DNA of 64,000 bases from Bacteroidota bacterium (GTDB lineage Bacteria; Bacteroidota; Bacteroidia; NS11-12g; UBA955). The notes beneath the pieces were generated by a model. The model searched no databases. It was not told the origin of the DNA and saw only the letters and a program-made list of their open reading frames with translations. The position numbers and the translations under genes were made by a program. The stretch is from contig JAGXTF010000118.1 of the NCBI GenBank assembly GCA_018333525.1, positions 53,064 through 117,063 on the forward strand, in the 5' to 3' direction. Shown piece after piece: positions 17,808-28,771 of this stretch; within the stretch, counting starts at the first letter, position 1; every line of letters starts with the position of its first letter.

Positions 17808-20444
17808 ATGCGTTTTAAGATTATTTTATCCTTTTTATTATTCATCCTCGCTTCAGGCCTTGCCGGACAAACAGATGGCTTCACAAAATTTATAGAATTC
17901 AAAGGGAGCAAACTCACTTTTGAAGAAGTTATTGCAGGGTTTGAAAAACGCATGGACATCAGGGTTCAATATGATGCGCAACTGGTATCCCCGAACAAAA
18001 AATATGATATTAATTATATCAATGTAAAAGCGAAAACTGCATTTTCTGATTTTCTTGCACACAATGGCCTCACTTATTCTTTGCAGGGAAATCAGGCCAT
18101 ATTAAAAAAACAAATTGTACCGGTTGTAAAACCGATGTCTGTAATCAGCGGCAGGGTGGTTGTAAAACAGAGTGGAGAATTTTTGGGAAACGCGGAAATA
18201 TCCATCAATCACCGAAAGCAAGTGGTATATACTTCTGATGCAGGTTACTTTTCCGGATTTCTGAATCTGGATACCAATTATATTGAAATCAATTATCCTG
18301 GAATGTTTGCAGTGTTCGACACCCTTTCCGGAGACCGAAATTATTTTGTTAATTATTCCCTGGAATTCATGTCGGAATCTCTGCCTGAAGCAAACGTAAA
18401 AGTAATTACTCCAAGCGGAGAATATGTGCCCCAATTGGGCAGATCCGATCAACATTTTATCAGCAAATCCAGAATCAAGCGATTGCCGCATTTATTGGGT
18501 GAACCGGATATTATCCGGGTGATGAGTTTGTATCCGGGAGTGGTTGGCGGAAGTGAGGGAATGTTGGGAATGTATATTCGGGGCGGAGCTTCAGATCAGA
18601 ATCTGGTTTTGCTTGATGACGTTCCTGTTTTTAACAGCTATCATTTGTATGGTATTTTTAGTATATTTAATGATGATGCCATTAAATCCGCAACCCTTTT
18701 AAAAGGCAGTTTTCCTGCGAAATATGGCGGGAGACTTAGCAGTGTGGTAAACGTCCAAAGTAAGGAAGGCAATGCATACCGGATAAAGGGCAGTGTAAGT
18801 TTTGGACTGCTTGCATCCAAAATATTTTTGGAAGGACCATTGATAAAAAACAGAACTACTTTTACCATTGCATACCGAAGAAGTTATCTCGATTTTATGG
18901 CAAAACCTGTTACAGGATTGTTGTTGAATAATGATTCCATTCAAAATAATGTATATTATTTTTGGGATTTTAATGCCAGAATTACCCATCGGTTTAACTC
19001 AAAAAGCAGAATTACTGCATCCTTTTATACCGGCCGTGATGTTGGTGGAATTGATGAAAAAATCAATGCACAGAATACAGAATTTAATGCAACAGAACGT
19101 CGCAAACAATTATCGTCCTGGGGAAATGTTTTGGGCAGTATTAAATGGAATTATTACCTAGGGAAAAGAACTGGATTATTAATTAAAGCACATATTACCG
19201 CATATGATTATAGTTTTAACCAAAGCTACCAATTAAAGAAAAAATTTAAATCTTCTTCACAATTGGATTTGGATGACAGAACCGAATACAAATTGCAGAA
19301 TGGAATACAGGATAGAGAAGTTTCAGCTTCCTTACAGCATAAAGCAGGGGAAAAACTATCCTGGAATTTGGGTGGTGGAATTTGCCAGCATAAATTTATT
19401 CCCGGAAACCGAACCTTTTCAAGTGTAATTTCCGGTAATGAAACGGAATATTTTTTTAATGATCCAACGGTTACCACCCCGGAATATTTTGGTTTCGGAG
19501 AATTGAATGCTATAGTCATGGACCATGTTTATCTGGATATGGGTCTTCGGATTTCGAGTTATCAGGTATTAAAAACATTTTATTATATATTGCCCGAACC
19601 CCGGATTTCTCTGCGTTATCAACTCAACGATTTTTCGTGGTTTCGCGCCGGTGTTATGCGCACCCGCCAGTTTTTTCACCTGCTGAACAATCTCACACTT
19701 GGTTTGCCATCTGATATTTGGGTGCCATCGGTAGTGCGTTTTAAACCATCTTTATGCGATCAGTTTTCTATTGGATATTCTTATCGCAAAAAAGAATATC
19801 AAATTACTACAGAAGTGTTTTATAAAAAACTGAAGAATATTCTGGAATATAAAGACAATGCCGGTTATGTAACCTCCGGCAATAACTGGGAAGATGCGGT
19901 AACGGATGGTTCCGGGGAAGCCTATGGCTGGGAGATTATGACTGAAAAAACCAGAGGAAGATTTACCGGTTGGCTCAGTTATTCCCTGATGTGGAACTGG
20001 AGACAATTTCATGAATTGAATCAGGGGAATAAATTCCCTTCGAGATACGACAGAAGAAACAATATTTATATTGCGGGAGTTTACCGTGTGAAAAAGAATT
20101 TTGATTTTTCTTTTTCATGGACTTATAATTCAGGATTTGCAATTACCACACCTATTGCAAAATATTTATCGCCTACGCCTCAGGACCCGTATAGGGAAAT
20201 TTATATTTTCGGAGATAGAAACAATACCAGAACCCGGGATAACCATCGTTTGGATATTGCTTTTAATTTCGAAAAAGCCTTAAAAAACGGTTCCAGAATC
20301 TGGAGTATTGGTGTATTTAATGTTTACAACCGCAGGAATCCTTTTTATGTAAATTTGGGATATTCTGCCAGTGGAGAGCGGGTTTTGTACCAGGTAAGTC
20401 TGCTACCAATTTTACCGAATGTGAGTTATAAATTGAATTTTTAA
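17808..20444 (+). CDS. TonB-dependent receptor with N-terminal STN-like domain
   Basis: LGEPDI, IRGG..DQNL, YGGRLSSV plug motifs; C-terminal YKLNF. Confidence 0.9.
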   Translation: MRFKIILSFLLFILASGLAGQTDGFTKFIEFKGSKLTFEEVIAGFEKRMDIRVQYDAQLVSPNKKYDINYINVKAKTAFSDFLAHNGLTYSLQGNQAILKKQIVPVVKPMSVISGRVVVKQSGEFLGNAEISINHRKQVVYTSDAGYFSGFLNLDTNYIEINYPGMFAVFDTLSGDRNYFVNYSLEFMSESLPEANVKVITPSGEYVPQLGRSDQHFISKSRIKRLPHLLGEPDIIRVMSLYPGVVGGSEGMLGMYIRGGASDQNLVLLDDVPVFNSYHLYGIFSIFNDDAIKSATLLKGSFPAKYGGRLSSVVNVQSKEGNAYRIKGSVSFGLLASKIFLEGPLIKNRTTFTIAYRRSYLDFMAKPVTGLLLNNDSIQNNVYYFWDFNARITHRFNSKSRITASFYTGRDVGGIDEKINAQNTEFNATERRKQLSSWGNVLGSIKWNYYLGKRTGLLIKAHITAYDYSFNQSYQLKKKFKSSSQLDLDDRTEYKLQNGIQDREVSASLQHKAGEKLSWNLGGGICQHKFIPGNRTFSSVISGNETEYFFNDPTVTTPEYFGFGELNAIVMDHVYLDMGLRISSYQVLKTFYYILPEPRISLRYQLNDFSWFRAGVMRTRQFFHLLNNLTLGLPSDIWVPSVVRFKPSLCDQFSIGYSYRKKEYQITTEVFYKKLKNILEYKDNAGYVTSGNNWEDAVTDGSGEAYGWEIMTEKTRGRFTGWLSYSLMWNWRQFHELNQGNKFPSRYDRRNNIYIAGVYRVKKNFDFSFSWTYNSGFAITTPIAKYLSPTPQDPYREIYIFGDRNNTRTRDNHRLDIAFNFEKALKNGSRIWSIGVFNVYNRRNPFYVNLGYSASGERVLYQVSLLPILPNVSYKLNF

Positions 20445-21343
20445 TGCGCAATATTTTATTATTTAATATCCTCATTTTTACACTAGCTTCCTGCATCAAG
20501 GAAGTACCATTAAAATCGGATGTTTATGTGGAACCGCGCCCTGTCTTTCATTGCTATCTGGAACCTGACAGTATTTTATTGGCGGATTATGGAAGGGTGA
20601 CTTCTATATCTGATCTGAATTCCACAGCCGATAGTGCGCTGATTAGTTTATTCCGCAACAATGCATTTCAGGGGGATATGCCGCCGGTAGGAAAAGGAAA
20701 ATATTATTTTCAAAACAATCCATTTCAACCCCGCGATAGTTTTAGAATTTATGGCTCCGATGGTTTGTACAGCTTTTTTGTAAGAGGCCGGGTTCCATCG
20801 CGTATTTATTTGAATGTTACAGATACGCAAACTGTTTTGATTCCGGGCATCGGACCATCCTTCGCACTGGATATTTCCTTTACTGACAGCGCGATTGATG
20901 ACAATTTTTACCGTTTGTTTTTACGCAAGTATTATATGGAATATACGCTGGATAAAAATGGAAATAAAACAGACAGTGTAAAGCGCATGAAAATTTTGGA
21001 AATTAAAGGTTCCGAATTTCCATTTATTCAAAATAATTTCAACAATTATACGTCCTCCGAAATATTATTTAATGATGCCACCTTTAACGGAACAACGCCT
21101 ACATACCGGATTTATACCCCAGGCAAAATGTGGGGAGATCCGGCAATCCGAAACCTGAAACTGGAGGTAATTATAGAGAATATGGAAAAGCCATTATTTG
21201 AATATTACAATACCAGAAATGCACATTTATGGCAGCAGCAGAGCATCAGTCAATTGCCCGGTAATATTAATGGAAACATTGCGGCAGGCTATGGAGTGGC
21301 AGGGGCTTATACCAAATCCGTAAAAGTCATTTCATTTGAATAG
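20444..21343 (+). CDS. DUF4249 family lipoprotein
   Basis: Lipobox LASC, F.D...DNFY, GNI..GYG; coupled to the receptor gene. Confidence 0.75.
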   Translation: MRNILLFNILIFTLASCIKEVPLKSDVYVEPRPVFHCYLEPDSILLADYGRVTSISDLNSTADSALISLFRNNAFQGDMPPVGKGKYYFQNNPFQPRDSFRIYGSDGLYSFFVRGRVPSRIYLNVTDTQTVLIPGIGPSFALDISFTDSAIDDNFYRLFLRKYYMEYTLDKNGNKTDSVKRMKILEIKGSEFPFIQNNFNNYTSSEILFNDATFNGTTPTYRIYTPGKMWGDPAIRNLKLEVIIENMEKPLFEYYNTRNAHLWQQQSISQLPGNINGNIAAGYGVAGAYTKSVKVISFE

Positions 21344-21424
21344 CGGCAAATACATTTCCATCCATTGTGGAGATGTATAATGCCTGCATGTGGCAGAACC
21401 TGAATTCATGCTTATTTTCGCGGG

Positions 21425-22855
21425 ATGAAGCTCACATGCTGGGGCGCAGCAAAACAGGTAACGGGAAGCAAGCATCTGCTGGATCTTCCGGGGGGAACGA
21501 GAGTTCTGGTGGATTGCGGCCTGGATTACGAAAAGCGAAATGAATTTGAATTACGGAATCAAAAATTTCCATTTGATCCGAAATCGGTGGATTTACTGAT
21601 TCTTACCCATGCACATATCGATCACAGCGGAAATATTCCGAATTTGATTAAACAGGGATTTAATGGTGAAATTATTTGCACATCTCCTACGCTGGAACTC
21701 AGTGAATATTTGTTGCGGGATAGTTTAAATATTCAAAAAATGGAGGCCGCACAAAAAAATAAAACGCTGAAAAGAAATAAAAAAGGGAAAATTAAAAAAG
21801 TAACTTTTAAAGACAATTCCGCAGGTGTTTTATACTCCAAAAAGAATATAGAAGAAATGCTGGACATTGCTACCACACTGAATTTTGGAGAGTTCTTTAA
21901 ATTCAATGAAGAGCTGGGAGTAGAGTTTGTTGGTGCGGGTCATATTCTAGGAGCGGCAAGTGCTGTTTTACATATCACTGTAAACGGAGAAACCCATAAA
22001 GTTGGATTTACCGGAGATTTGGGAAATTATGGTTCTAAGCTGGTTCCGGATCCTCATCCTATGGCAGGTTTGAAATACCTGATTTCTGAAAGCACTTATG
22101 GCGGTAGAAATCATGTGGCAGATACCGATGATGCATGTTCAGAAATTTTGCGATACGTGAAATCCACCTGTGTGGATCGAAAAGGCAAATTGGTAATTCC
22201 CGCATTTAGTGTAGGCAGAACCCAGGCCATAATTTTTGCTTTACATGAATTGTATCGCGATGGAAAATTACCGGCGGTGAAAATATTTACCGACAGTCCT
22301 CTCGCAATTAAAAGCACCTCTGTATACCAACACAACCTGGCATATTTGAATGATGACGCCAAACGGTTTCAAAAGAAACATGGAAGTCTTTTTGATTTTC
22401 CGCTTTTGCATGTGATTGAAGACGAAAAAGAAAGCGAATTGCTGGACATGTTTCCCGAGCCATGTGTCATCATTTCTGCGGCGGGAATGGTGGAAGGTGG
22501 CAGAATTCAAATGCATGTACGAAACCATATCGGTAAGGAAGAAAATACCATTCTTATTGCGGGTTTTTGTGCGGAAGGAACATTGGGATACCGGCTTTTG
22601 CAGGGACAGGATTATATAGAAATTCAGAATGCCAAAAGACCCGCAAGAGCACAAATTGCACGTACCGACGCTTTTAGTGCGCATCTGGACCACAATGGAT
22701 TGCTGAAGTATCTGCGCGCATCTGTCAATGGGGTTACCAAAGGCCTGTACCTGGTGCATGGCGATGCCGACCAAATGCAAATGTTAGCAGACGATATCGA
22801 TTTTGTAAAAGTTACCATTCCGGAAAAAGGAGTGGAATATGAATTGAAATTGTGA
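21425..22855 (+). CDS. MBL-fold beta-CASP ribonuclease-like hydrolase
   Basis: THAHIDHSG, AGHILG, ESTYG, FSVGRTQ, FSAH, LVHGD. Confidence 0.92.
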   Translation: MKLTCWGAAKQVTGSKHLLDLPGGTRVLVDCGLDYEKRNEFELRNQKFPFDPKSVDLLILTHAHIDHSGNIPNLIKQGFNGEIICTSPTLELSEYLLRDSLNIQKMEAAQKNKTLKRNKKGKIKKVTFKDNSAGVLYSKKNIEEMLDIATTLNFGEFFKFNEELGVEFVGAGHILGAASAVLHITVNGETHKVGFTGDLGNYGSKLVPDPHPMAGLKYLISESTYGGRNHVADTDDACSEILRYVKSTCVDRKGKLVIPAFSVGRTQAIIFALHELYRDGKLPAVKIFTDSPLAIKSTSVYQHNLAYLNDDAKRFQKKHGSLFDFPLLHVIEDEKESELLDMFPEPCVIISAAGMVEGGRIQMHVRNHIGKEENTILIAGFCAEGTLGYRLLQGQDYIEIQNAKRPARAQIARTDAFSAHLDHNGLLKYLRASVNGVTKGLYLVHGDADQMQMLADDIDFVKVTIPEKGVEYELKL

Positions 22856-23919
22856 AAAAAGCACTGAAAAATATTGCTGCGATTTTTTTCGGTTTGTTCA
22901 TTGGTTTTTTAATTGCTGAAATCGTTTTACATATTTACAATCCTTTTAAAAGCAGAATTAAAGACGGCAGGATTGTATTGCCCATGAATGTAAAATACGA
23001 ATATAACAACCAGAGTATTCCAGGTTTGGAGTCCCATATTGTGCATCAGAAAAATGCCTATGGGTTTCGCGGACCGCTGCTACCGGCAGATTCGGCTTTC
23101 AAAATATTTTGTGTGGGTGGAAGTACTACGGAGTGTTTTTATTTGTCGGATGGCAAAGACTGGCCTGCTTTGTTGTATGGAAAACTCAAAAAGAATCATC
23201 CAAAAATATGGTTGAATAATGCGGGTTTAGATGGCCACAGCACATGGGGACATCTGGTTTTGCTGCGCGATCATTTGATGAAATACAAACCGAATATGAT
23301 CCTGTTTTTGGTAGGATGTAACGATATGGCATCTACAGGTCTAAATCAGTTTGAGCGCTACCATATTCCCAGAAAATTCCGCATACTCGAAAATTCAGAA
23401 ATATTTAATATTCTCCAAAATTATCGCAGAATGCAGGCCACCAGAAAATGGGGCATGGGACACTATCAAATAAGCTTCCCAACGGCACCTTCTGCCGATA
23501 CTACCGATTGGAACAGTGGAAAATCCAAGTGGTTTGTGAATTTGAATAAAGGGCTTATGCAATACCAAAACCACTTGCTGGAATTGGGTAAAATATGCGA
23601 AGAAAATCATTGTATTCCGGTGTTTCTTACGCAGCCTACTATTTTGGGAAATGCTTCGGATCCTGTAACCAAACGGTTTCTTGGAAATTTGGAATTTCAG
23701 GGGGAAAGCGGCATGCATTATTCATTTGTCTTGGACAAGTACAATGTAGTGCTTCAGCAGGTTTGTAAATCCAAAAACTGGCATTGTATTGATGCGGCCT
23801 CTGCTTTGCAAAGGTCTTCGGATAATTATTACGATTTCTTTCATTATACCATGCATGGAGCCGAGAAAATGGCAGCATTGGTTGCCTCGGAAATAGAAAA
23901 AGAACAAATGATTCCTTGA
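22852..23919 (+). CDS. SGNH/GDSL hydrolase family protein
   Basis: GGSTT, NAG, G.ND, D..H blocks; N-terminal TM. Confidence 0.85.
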   Translation: MKKALKNIAAIFFGLFIGFLIAEIVLHIYNPFKSRIKDGRIVLPMNVKYEYNNQSIPGLESHIVHQKNAYGFRGPLLPADSAFKIFCVGGSTTECFYLSDGKDWPALLYGKLKKNHPKIWLNNAGLDGHSTWGHLVLLRDHLMKYKPNMILFLVGCNDMASTGLNQFERYHIPRKFRILENSEIFNILQNYRRMQATRKWGMGHYQISFPTAPSADTTDWNSGKSKWFVNLNKGLMQYQNHLLELGKICEENHCIPVFLTQPTILGNASDPVTKRFLGNLEFQGESGMHYSFVLDKYNVVLQQVCKSKNWHCIDAASALQRSSDNYYDFFHYTMHGAEKMAALVASEIEKEQMIP

Positions 23920-24929
23920 AAGTTATTGCTATCATATTGTTGCCTTTTTCCTGGATTTACGGATTCATTGTTTCTCTGCGGAGATCTATGTTTCAATGGG
24001 GAATATTTAAAAGAAAAAGGCCTGAAATTCCCGCAATTGTTGTAGGCAATATTTCTGCGGGGGGTACCGGAAAAACACCATTTGTAATTTGGCTTTCAAA
24101 TGCAATGCGAGATAAATCCGTTGCAATTTTGTCCAGGGGGTATAAAAGAAAAAGCAAGGGATTTTTTGAGGTGAATTCCACAGATGGGGCAAGCCAATTT
24201 GGCGATGAGGCCCTGGAAATATTTCAGCATTTTCATTCGGAAATACCGGTTTTTGTTTGCGAAGACAGGGTGGAAGGTATACATCGGATTTCAAAAGAAA
24301 GGCCGGGTACAGAAGTGGTAATTCTGGATGATGGTTTTCAGCATCTGAGATTACAACCAAATGTTTCTGTTTTGTTGTGTAATTACAATCGTCCTTTTTT
24401 TAAGGATTATCCTTTTCCCTTGGGACATTTGCGGGAATTTGCCTTTAATGCGCGTTATGCAGATGTAATTGTGGTAAGCAAATGTCCGGCAAATATGGAT
24501 ATGGCAGAAGGATTAAAATGGTACGATGCGCTTTCCGGTTATGGTAAAGCTATTTTCTTTGCAAATTATGAGAATGCTGCGCCTGCAGATATTAAGGGAA
24601 ATACGCTAAAACCAGGTAGTCGTGTGGTATTGGTTTCCGCATTGGCCAATAATGCTGCCTTTTGCAAATGGGCGGAAAAAGACTATTTGGTATCCAAACA
24701 TTTTAGCTATGTGGATCATTATCCGTTTAAAAATTCAGATATATCGGATTGGGAAGCAGCATTGGAAAAACACAATGCAGACGGGGTTTTGGTGTCGAGG
24801 AAGGATTTTATGAAGCTGGGAAAAATGGAATTAAAAATGCCGATTTATATTACTTTTACGCAGGTTCAAATTCTTTTTGATGGCGAAGATGATTTGATTG
24901 CATTAATTTCGGACAAAATTAACGGTTAG
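23916..24929 (+). CDS. lpxK: Tetraacyldisaccharide 4'-kinase
   Basis: VGNISAGGTGKTP, LSRGY, LDDGFQH, P.G.LRE. Confidence 0.95.
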   Translation: MKVIAIILLPFSWIYGFIVSLRRSMFQWGIFKRKRPEIPAIVVGNISAGGTGKTPFVIWLSNAMRDKSVAILSRGYKRKSKGFFEVNSTDGASQFGDEALEIFQHFHSEIPVFVCEDRVEGIHRISKERPGTEVVILDDGFQHLRLQPNVSVLLCNYNRPFFKDYPFPLGHLREFAFNARYADVIVVSKCPANMDMAEGLKWYDALSGYGKAIFFANYENAAPADIKGNTLKPGSRVVLVSALANNAAFCKWAEKDYLVSKHFSYVDHYPFKNSDISDWEAALEKHNADGVLVSRKDFMKLGKMELKMPIYITFTQVQILFDGEDDLIALISDKING

Positions 24930-24932
24930 GGT

Positions 24933-25406
24933 ATGCAGAGAAATTTTGTAATAGCAGTGGCAGCTGTTCTCATGGCCTGGGGATGCTCCACAAACAAAAA
25001 TGTGTTGTTGGATGAATTTAAGGAAGTGGGAACGGAAAAGTGGAGTTGGAATGATGCTCGTACATTTACATTTACAGTTACTGAGGCAGATTATTTGTAC
25101 AATTTAGATTGTTCGTTGCGCATTACAGGGAACTATAAATATTCCAATATCTGGTTGATATATCAATTGGAAGGGCCGGAAGGGAGCACCAAACAACAGT
25201 TTCAGATTACTCTTTCTGACAATACCGGAAAGTGGTTGGGAAAAGGGAATAATAATTTGATTAGTTACAAGCAAAATATGGTTTCAGGATTAAAACTGAA
25301 ACCGGGGAAATATACCCTGAAATTCAACCAGAATATGCGTGATGAGAATTTGGAGGCGGTGAGTGATATTGGTTTGAAAGTGTACAAAGGTTCCAGGATT
25401 TTTTAA
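24933..25406 (+). CDS. gldH: Gliding motility lipoprotein GldH
   Basis: Lipobox, Y.YSNIWL, G.WLGKG, QNMR...L..VSDIG. Confidence 0.88.
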   Translation: MQRNFVIAVAAVLMAWGCSTNKNVLLDEFKEVGTEKWSWNDARTFTFTVTEADYLYNLDCSLRITGNYKYSNIWLIYQLEGPEGSTKQQFQITLSDNTGKWLGKGNNNLISYKQNMVSGLKLKPGKYTLKFNQNMRDENLEAVSDIGLKVYKGSRIF

Positions 25407-25407
25407 T

Positions 25408-26471
25408 ATGGTTGTAAAAGGATTTGCGAGTGCCGTGCATGGCGTGAATGCCACGTGCATTTCTGTGGAGGTAAATACCAGTGCGCCTACCCCGGAGTTT
25501 AAAAATTTTGTAATTGGATTGCCGGATATTGCGGTAAAAGAAAGCATTCACCGAACGGATGCAGCGGTAAAAAACAGCGGCTATGAACCTTTGCGACAAA
25601 AGGCAATTATCAGTCTGGCTCCGGCAGATTTGCGCAAAGAGGGGAGTGCATATGATTTGCCCATTGCAGTGTGTATTCTGGCCGCAACTTATCAAATTCC
25701 GGAAGCACCATTAAAAGATTATGTAATTATGGGAGAATTGGGATTGGATGGTGAGGTAAAACCCATTAAAGGCGCATTGCCGATAGCATTACAGGCATTA
25801 AAAGATAAATTCCGTGGATTGATACTTCCGTATGAAAATGCGAAGGAAGCGGCCATTGTAAAAGATCTGGAAGTTTATGGCGTAAAACACCTGAAAGAAG
25901 TGGGAGATTTTTTCTCGGATAAAATTCAATTGGAACGGGTGTATGCAGATCCGCGCGGAGATTTTGAAGCGGCACAGGGATTTTACGATGTGGATTTTGA
26001 AGATGTACAGGGGCAGGAAAATATCAAACGCGCCATGGAAATAGCTGCCGCCGGCGGACATAATATTATTTTAATTGGCCCTCCCGGTGCGGGTAAAACC
26101 ATGTTGGCAAAACGCCTGCCCACGATAATGCCTCCAATGACTTTGCATGAATCTTTGGAAACCACCAAGGTGCATTCCGTTGCGGGGAAATTGGGAAATA
26201 AAGCATCCCTGGTTTCACAAAGACCATTTCGTTCTCCGCACCATACGATTTCAGATGTGGCTTTGGTGGGCGGTGGAAACCATCCGCAACCGGGTGAAAT
26301 TTCTCTGGCACATAATGGCGTTTTATTTTTGGATGAATTACCGGAATTTAAACGCACCGTTTTGGAAGTGATGCGCCAACCTCTGGAAGAGAGAAGAGTT
26401 ACTATTTCGCGCGCAAAATGGGCAGTGGAATATCCTGCCAGTTTTATGCTGGTAGCCAGCATGAATCCCTG
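25408..26471 (+). pseudogene. comM: ComM/YifB Mg-chelatase-like AAA ATPase, N-terminal part, interrupted by the element (ORF reads on to a stop at 26487)
   Basis: [39 protein letters not shown]; breaks at ASMNPC where PCG is expected. Confidence 0.93.
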
Positions 26472-27949
26472 TAGTTGTGTTGCTTAGTTGTCATCAGTTT
26501 AAGGGAGGTGGGGGTTGGGAGGTACCGCAGTTCGATATGGATGTCTTCTTTGGCAATGGTTATCTTATCAGTAACCGTTTCAACCAGTAGTCTTTTGTCT
26601 TCTCTATTCATACCAGTCCATTGGCTGTAGAGATCGCGGGCATCGTGGATGACTTGGTCTGTTGAGGCTTCGGTTAATTTCATATGGTCTATTTCGGCTT
26701 GTAAGACTGCGAAGTATTTTTTCTTCTGATTGTATTCGTTCGTTATTGGTTCCCAGTGCTCCGCAAAATTTGCTTTTGTAATGGTTCCATCACCGTGCAA
26801 TGCCAAAATCCTCTTTTGTTCTTTGAATAAAGAATCAATCCGGTTTTGAAGAATCTCCGCTTCTTTTTCTTTTTGACCCAAGGTTGTGTGATGTGATTTT
26901 AGATAATTCGAAATTTCGTCGTCCGAATTCAGAAAGGATTTCAACTGCTCATGGAAGATTTCCTCTAAGTCTTCACATGGGATTTTGTTCCGGCATTCAA
27001 CGCAGGTGTATTTCGGAGAATTGGAAGGCACATACATTTTAGTCCCGCATTCGCAGATGGCTAATCCGCTAAATAAATTAGCGGCCTTGCGAGCCGGTTT
27101 GCGGTTTGTGGCATTCTGTTCATCCAATATCCTGTTACATTCTTCCCAAAGTTCTTCTGAAACAATGGCCGGTGCTGGAGTGAATACCCAGTCCTTTTTA
27201 TCCTTCTCCTCCCATTTTTTGCCTTTGCCGAGGCTCCGTGAGTAGTTGGCCCTGTGAAGACCTTTAGCCAACGGGTCGCGAATGAGCCGAACTATAGTCG
27301 TGTCGGTAAACTTCGATCCATTGCGTGTTTTGTATCCTCGTTCGTTAAGAACCTTTGCGGTGTGCTTTTTCCGTTTATGCTGATTGAATAGCTCAAATAT
27401 TAGCTTTCTGATGGGAGCCTCGTTTTCGTCAAGTTCCAGCTTCCCATCAACCCGTTTGTACCCAAACGGTGCTTGGCCACCCAATGGCTTGCCGAGCTTT
27501 GCTCTTATGGGTACTGATGCCGCAACCCGGTCAGCAATTTCTTCGCGCTCCCATTGAGCCATTGCCGCGATTATGGTAAAGAATAGTCGCCCTGCTGGAG
27601 TAGAAGTGTCTATCAACTCATGCATGGAAATAAGGTCAGCGTTGACTGCTTTGAATATGTCCGAGAACTCCAATAGCTCTTTTGTATTCCTGGCTAATCG
27701 GGCCAGTTTGGAGAATATTAGGCCTGAAATGGCCTTTGATCTTATGTCTCGCAGCATCCGCTGGGTTTCGGGGTGATCCATGACGGATTTGCCCGAGACG
27801 GCCTCAAGGTGGTAGACAGCGACGATCTCCCATTTTTGAAGTTCAGCGTACATTATTGCTCTAGCTTCATGATTTTCAGGACTTTCGCCTTTGGCCTGGT
27901 CCTCGGTTGAAACCCGAATCCAAATGCCTACTTTCTTTTTTGGTTCCAT
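26444..27949 (-). CDS. Large serine recombinase (integrase of the comM element)
   Basis: WIRVST catalytic Ser, LARLAR, recombinase domain, Zn-ribbon CECG/CVEC, coiled coil; 3' end overlaps comM antisense. Confidence 0.95.
   Translation of the reverse strand: MEPKKKVGIWIRVSTEDQAKGESPENHEARAIMYAELQKWEIVAVYHLEAVSGKSVMDHPETQRMLRDIRSKAISGLIFSKLARLARNTKELLEFSDIFKAVNADLISMHELIDTSTPAGRLFFTIIAAMAQWEREEIADRVAASVPIRAKLGKPLGGQAPFGYKRVDGKLELDENEAPIRKLIFELFNQHKRKKHTAKVLNERGYKTRNGSKFTDTTIVRLIRDPLAKGLHRANYSRSLGKGKKWEEKDKKDWVFTPAPAIVSEELWEECNRILDEQNATNRKPARKAANLFSGLAICECGTKMYVPSNSPKYTCVECRNKIPCEDLEEIFHEQLKSFLNSDDEISNYLKSHHTTLGQKEKEAEILQNRIDSLFKEQKRILALHGDGTITKANFAEHWEPITNEYNQKKKYFAVLQAEIDHMKLTEASTDQVIHDARDLYSQWTGMNREDKRLLVETVTDKITIAKEDIHIELRYLPTPTSLKLMTTKQHNYRDSCWLPA
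26461..26494 (+). other. attL junction (comM arm, central TG 26470-26471, element arm)
   Basis: ATGAATCCC-TG-TAGTTGTGTTGCTTAGTTGTCAT; comM motif breaks here and the element arm is an inverted match to 60230-60250. Confidence 0.8.
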
Positions 27950-28201
27950 TATTGTTCAAACTAGCTATAAACTGCTTAAAAAACAAGGGCATCTTGACAG
28001 AGAAGACTACACTTTTTCCACAATAAAATGATTCAACAGAATTGATGATGAATATAGTTGCATTGGAACAATTTCTTGACCTTAATGCTTATATGAATAG
28101 GCCTAAATGGGCTCTTCAATAATGAATTAGAAATAGATTTTGTCAATATGTGCTGCACGATTAATTATGATATCATTACTGTAAATCAAAATCAATAAAT
28201 T

Positions 28202-28396
28202 ATGAACTCGACACAAATATATTTAGTATTGGTCCCGTTGTTAATTTTAGCAGCTGTGGCTTTTTTAAAAGCACTTTTTGAGAAGGAGCTCAGATGGAGG
28301 TTAATCTTTATTCTACTTTGTATTATTGTATTTGCCATATTTCTCTTCTTTTACCTGAATTTTACAAAAAGCGCGATGAATCTCGCGCTTTTCTGA
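28202..28396 (+). CDS. Small two-TM membrane protein
   Basis: ATG start, two hydrophobic segments. Confidence 0.45.
   Translation: MNSTQIYLVLVPLLILAAVAFLKALFEKELRWRLIFILLCIIVFAIFLFFYLNFTKSAMNLALF
28367..28392. terminator. Hairpin, possible bidirectional terminator
   Basis: AAAAGCGCGA-tgaatc-TCGCGCTTTT perfect 10-bp stem. Confidence 0.45.
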
Positions 28397-28492
28397 TAAA
28401 ATAGACACTATTTGTGTGTTATATGTTGGACGTTTATATAGAAACTTGTATGAATAAAATATTTTGCTACCTTGCATTGAAGTTGGTTTAAC

Positions 28493-28771
28493 ATGGACAA
28501 AAACTTAAATAATCTACAGGGTTCAGAAAAACCAGAACCTAAATACTTTGCAATTTCAAGTGATTCACCTGCCAAACATAGAAGAAACTTTTTATTAATA
28601 ATGGGGTTGTCATTAATTGTTTGTGTCGCAACACTTATATTCGTCATTAGAGGAATCAAAAGCTATGAAATTCTTATATCCAGCATATTTGTGCTTTTAT
28701 CAAGTAGTGGCTTTTTTACGATTTCCTTTTATGAAGCCATCATTAAGAGGGTAAGGAAAAATGCCGATTAA
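28493..28771 (+). CDS. Small two-TM membrane protein
   Basis: ATG start, two TM segments, overlaps the next ORF by 11 bp. Confidence 0.5.
   Translation: MDKNLNNLQGSEKPEPKYFAISSDSPAKHRRNFLLIMGLSLIVCVATLIFVIRGIKSYEILISSIFVLLSSSGFFTISFYEAIIKRVRKNAD

Noticed and set aside
17808-21343. STN-type TonB receptor with no adjacent ECF sigma/FecR
   Set aside because: Receptor plus DUF4249 pairs are common and the regulators may lie elsewhere.
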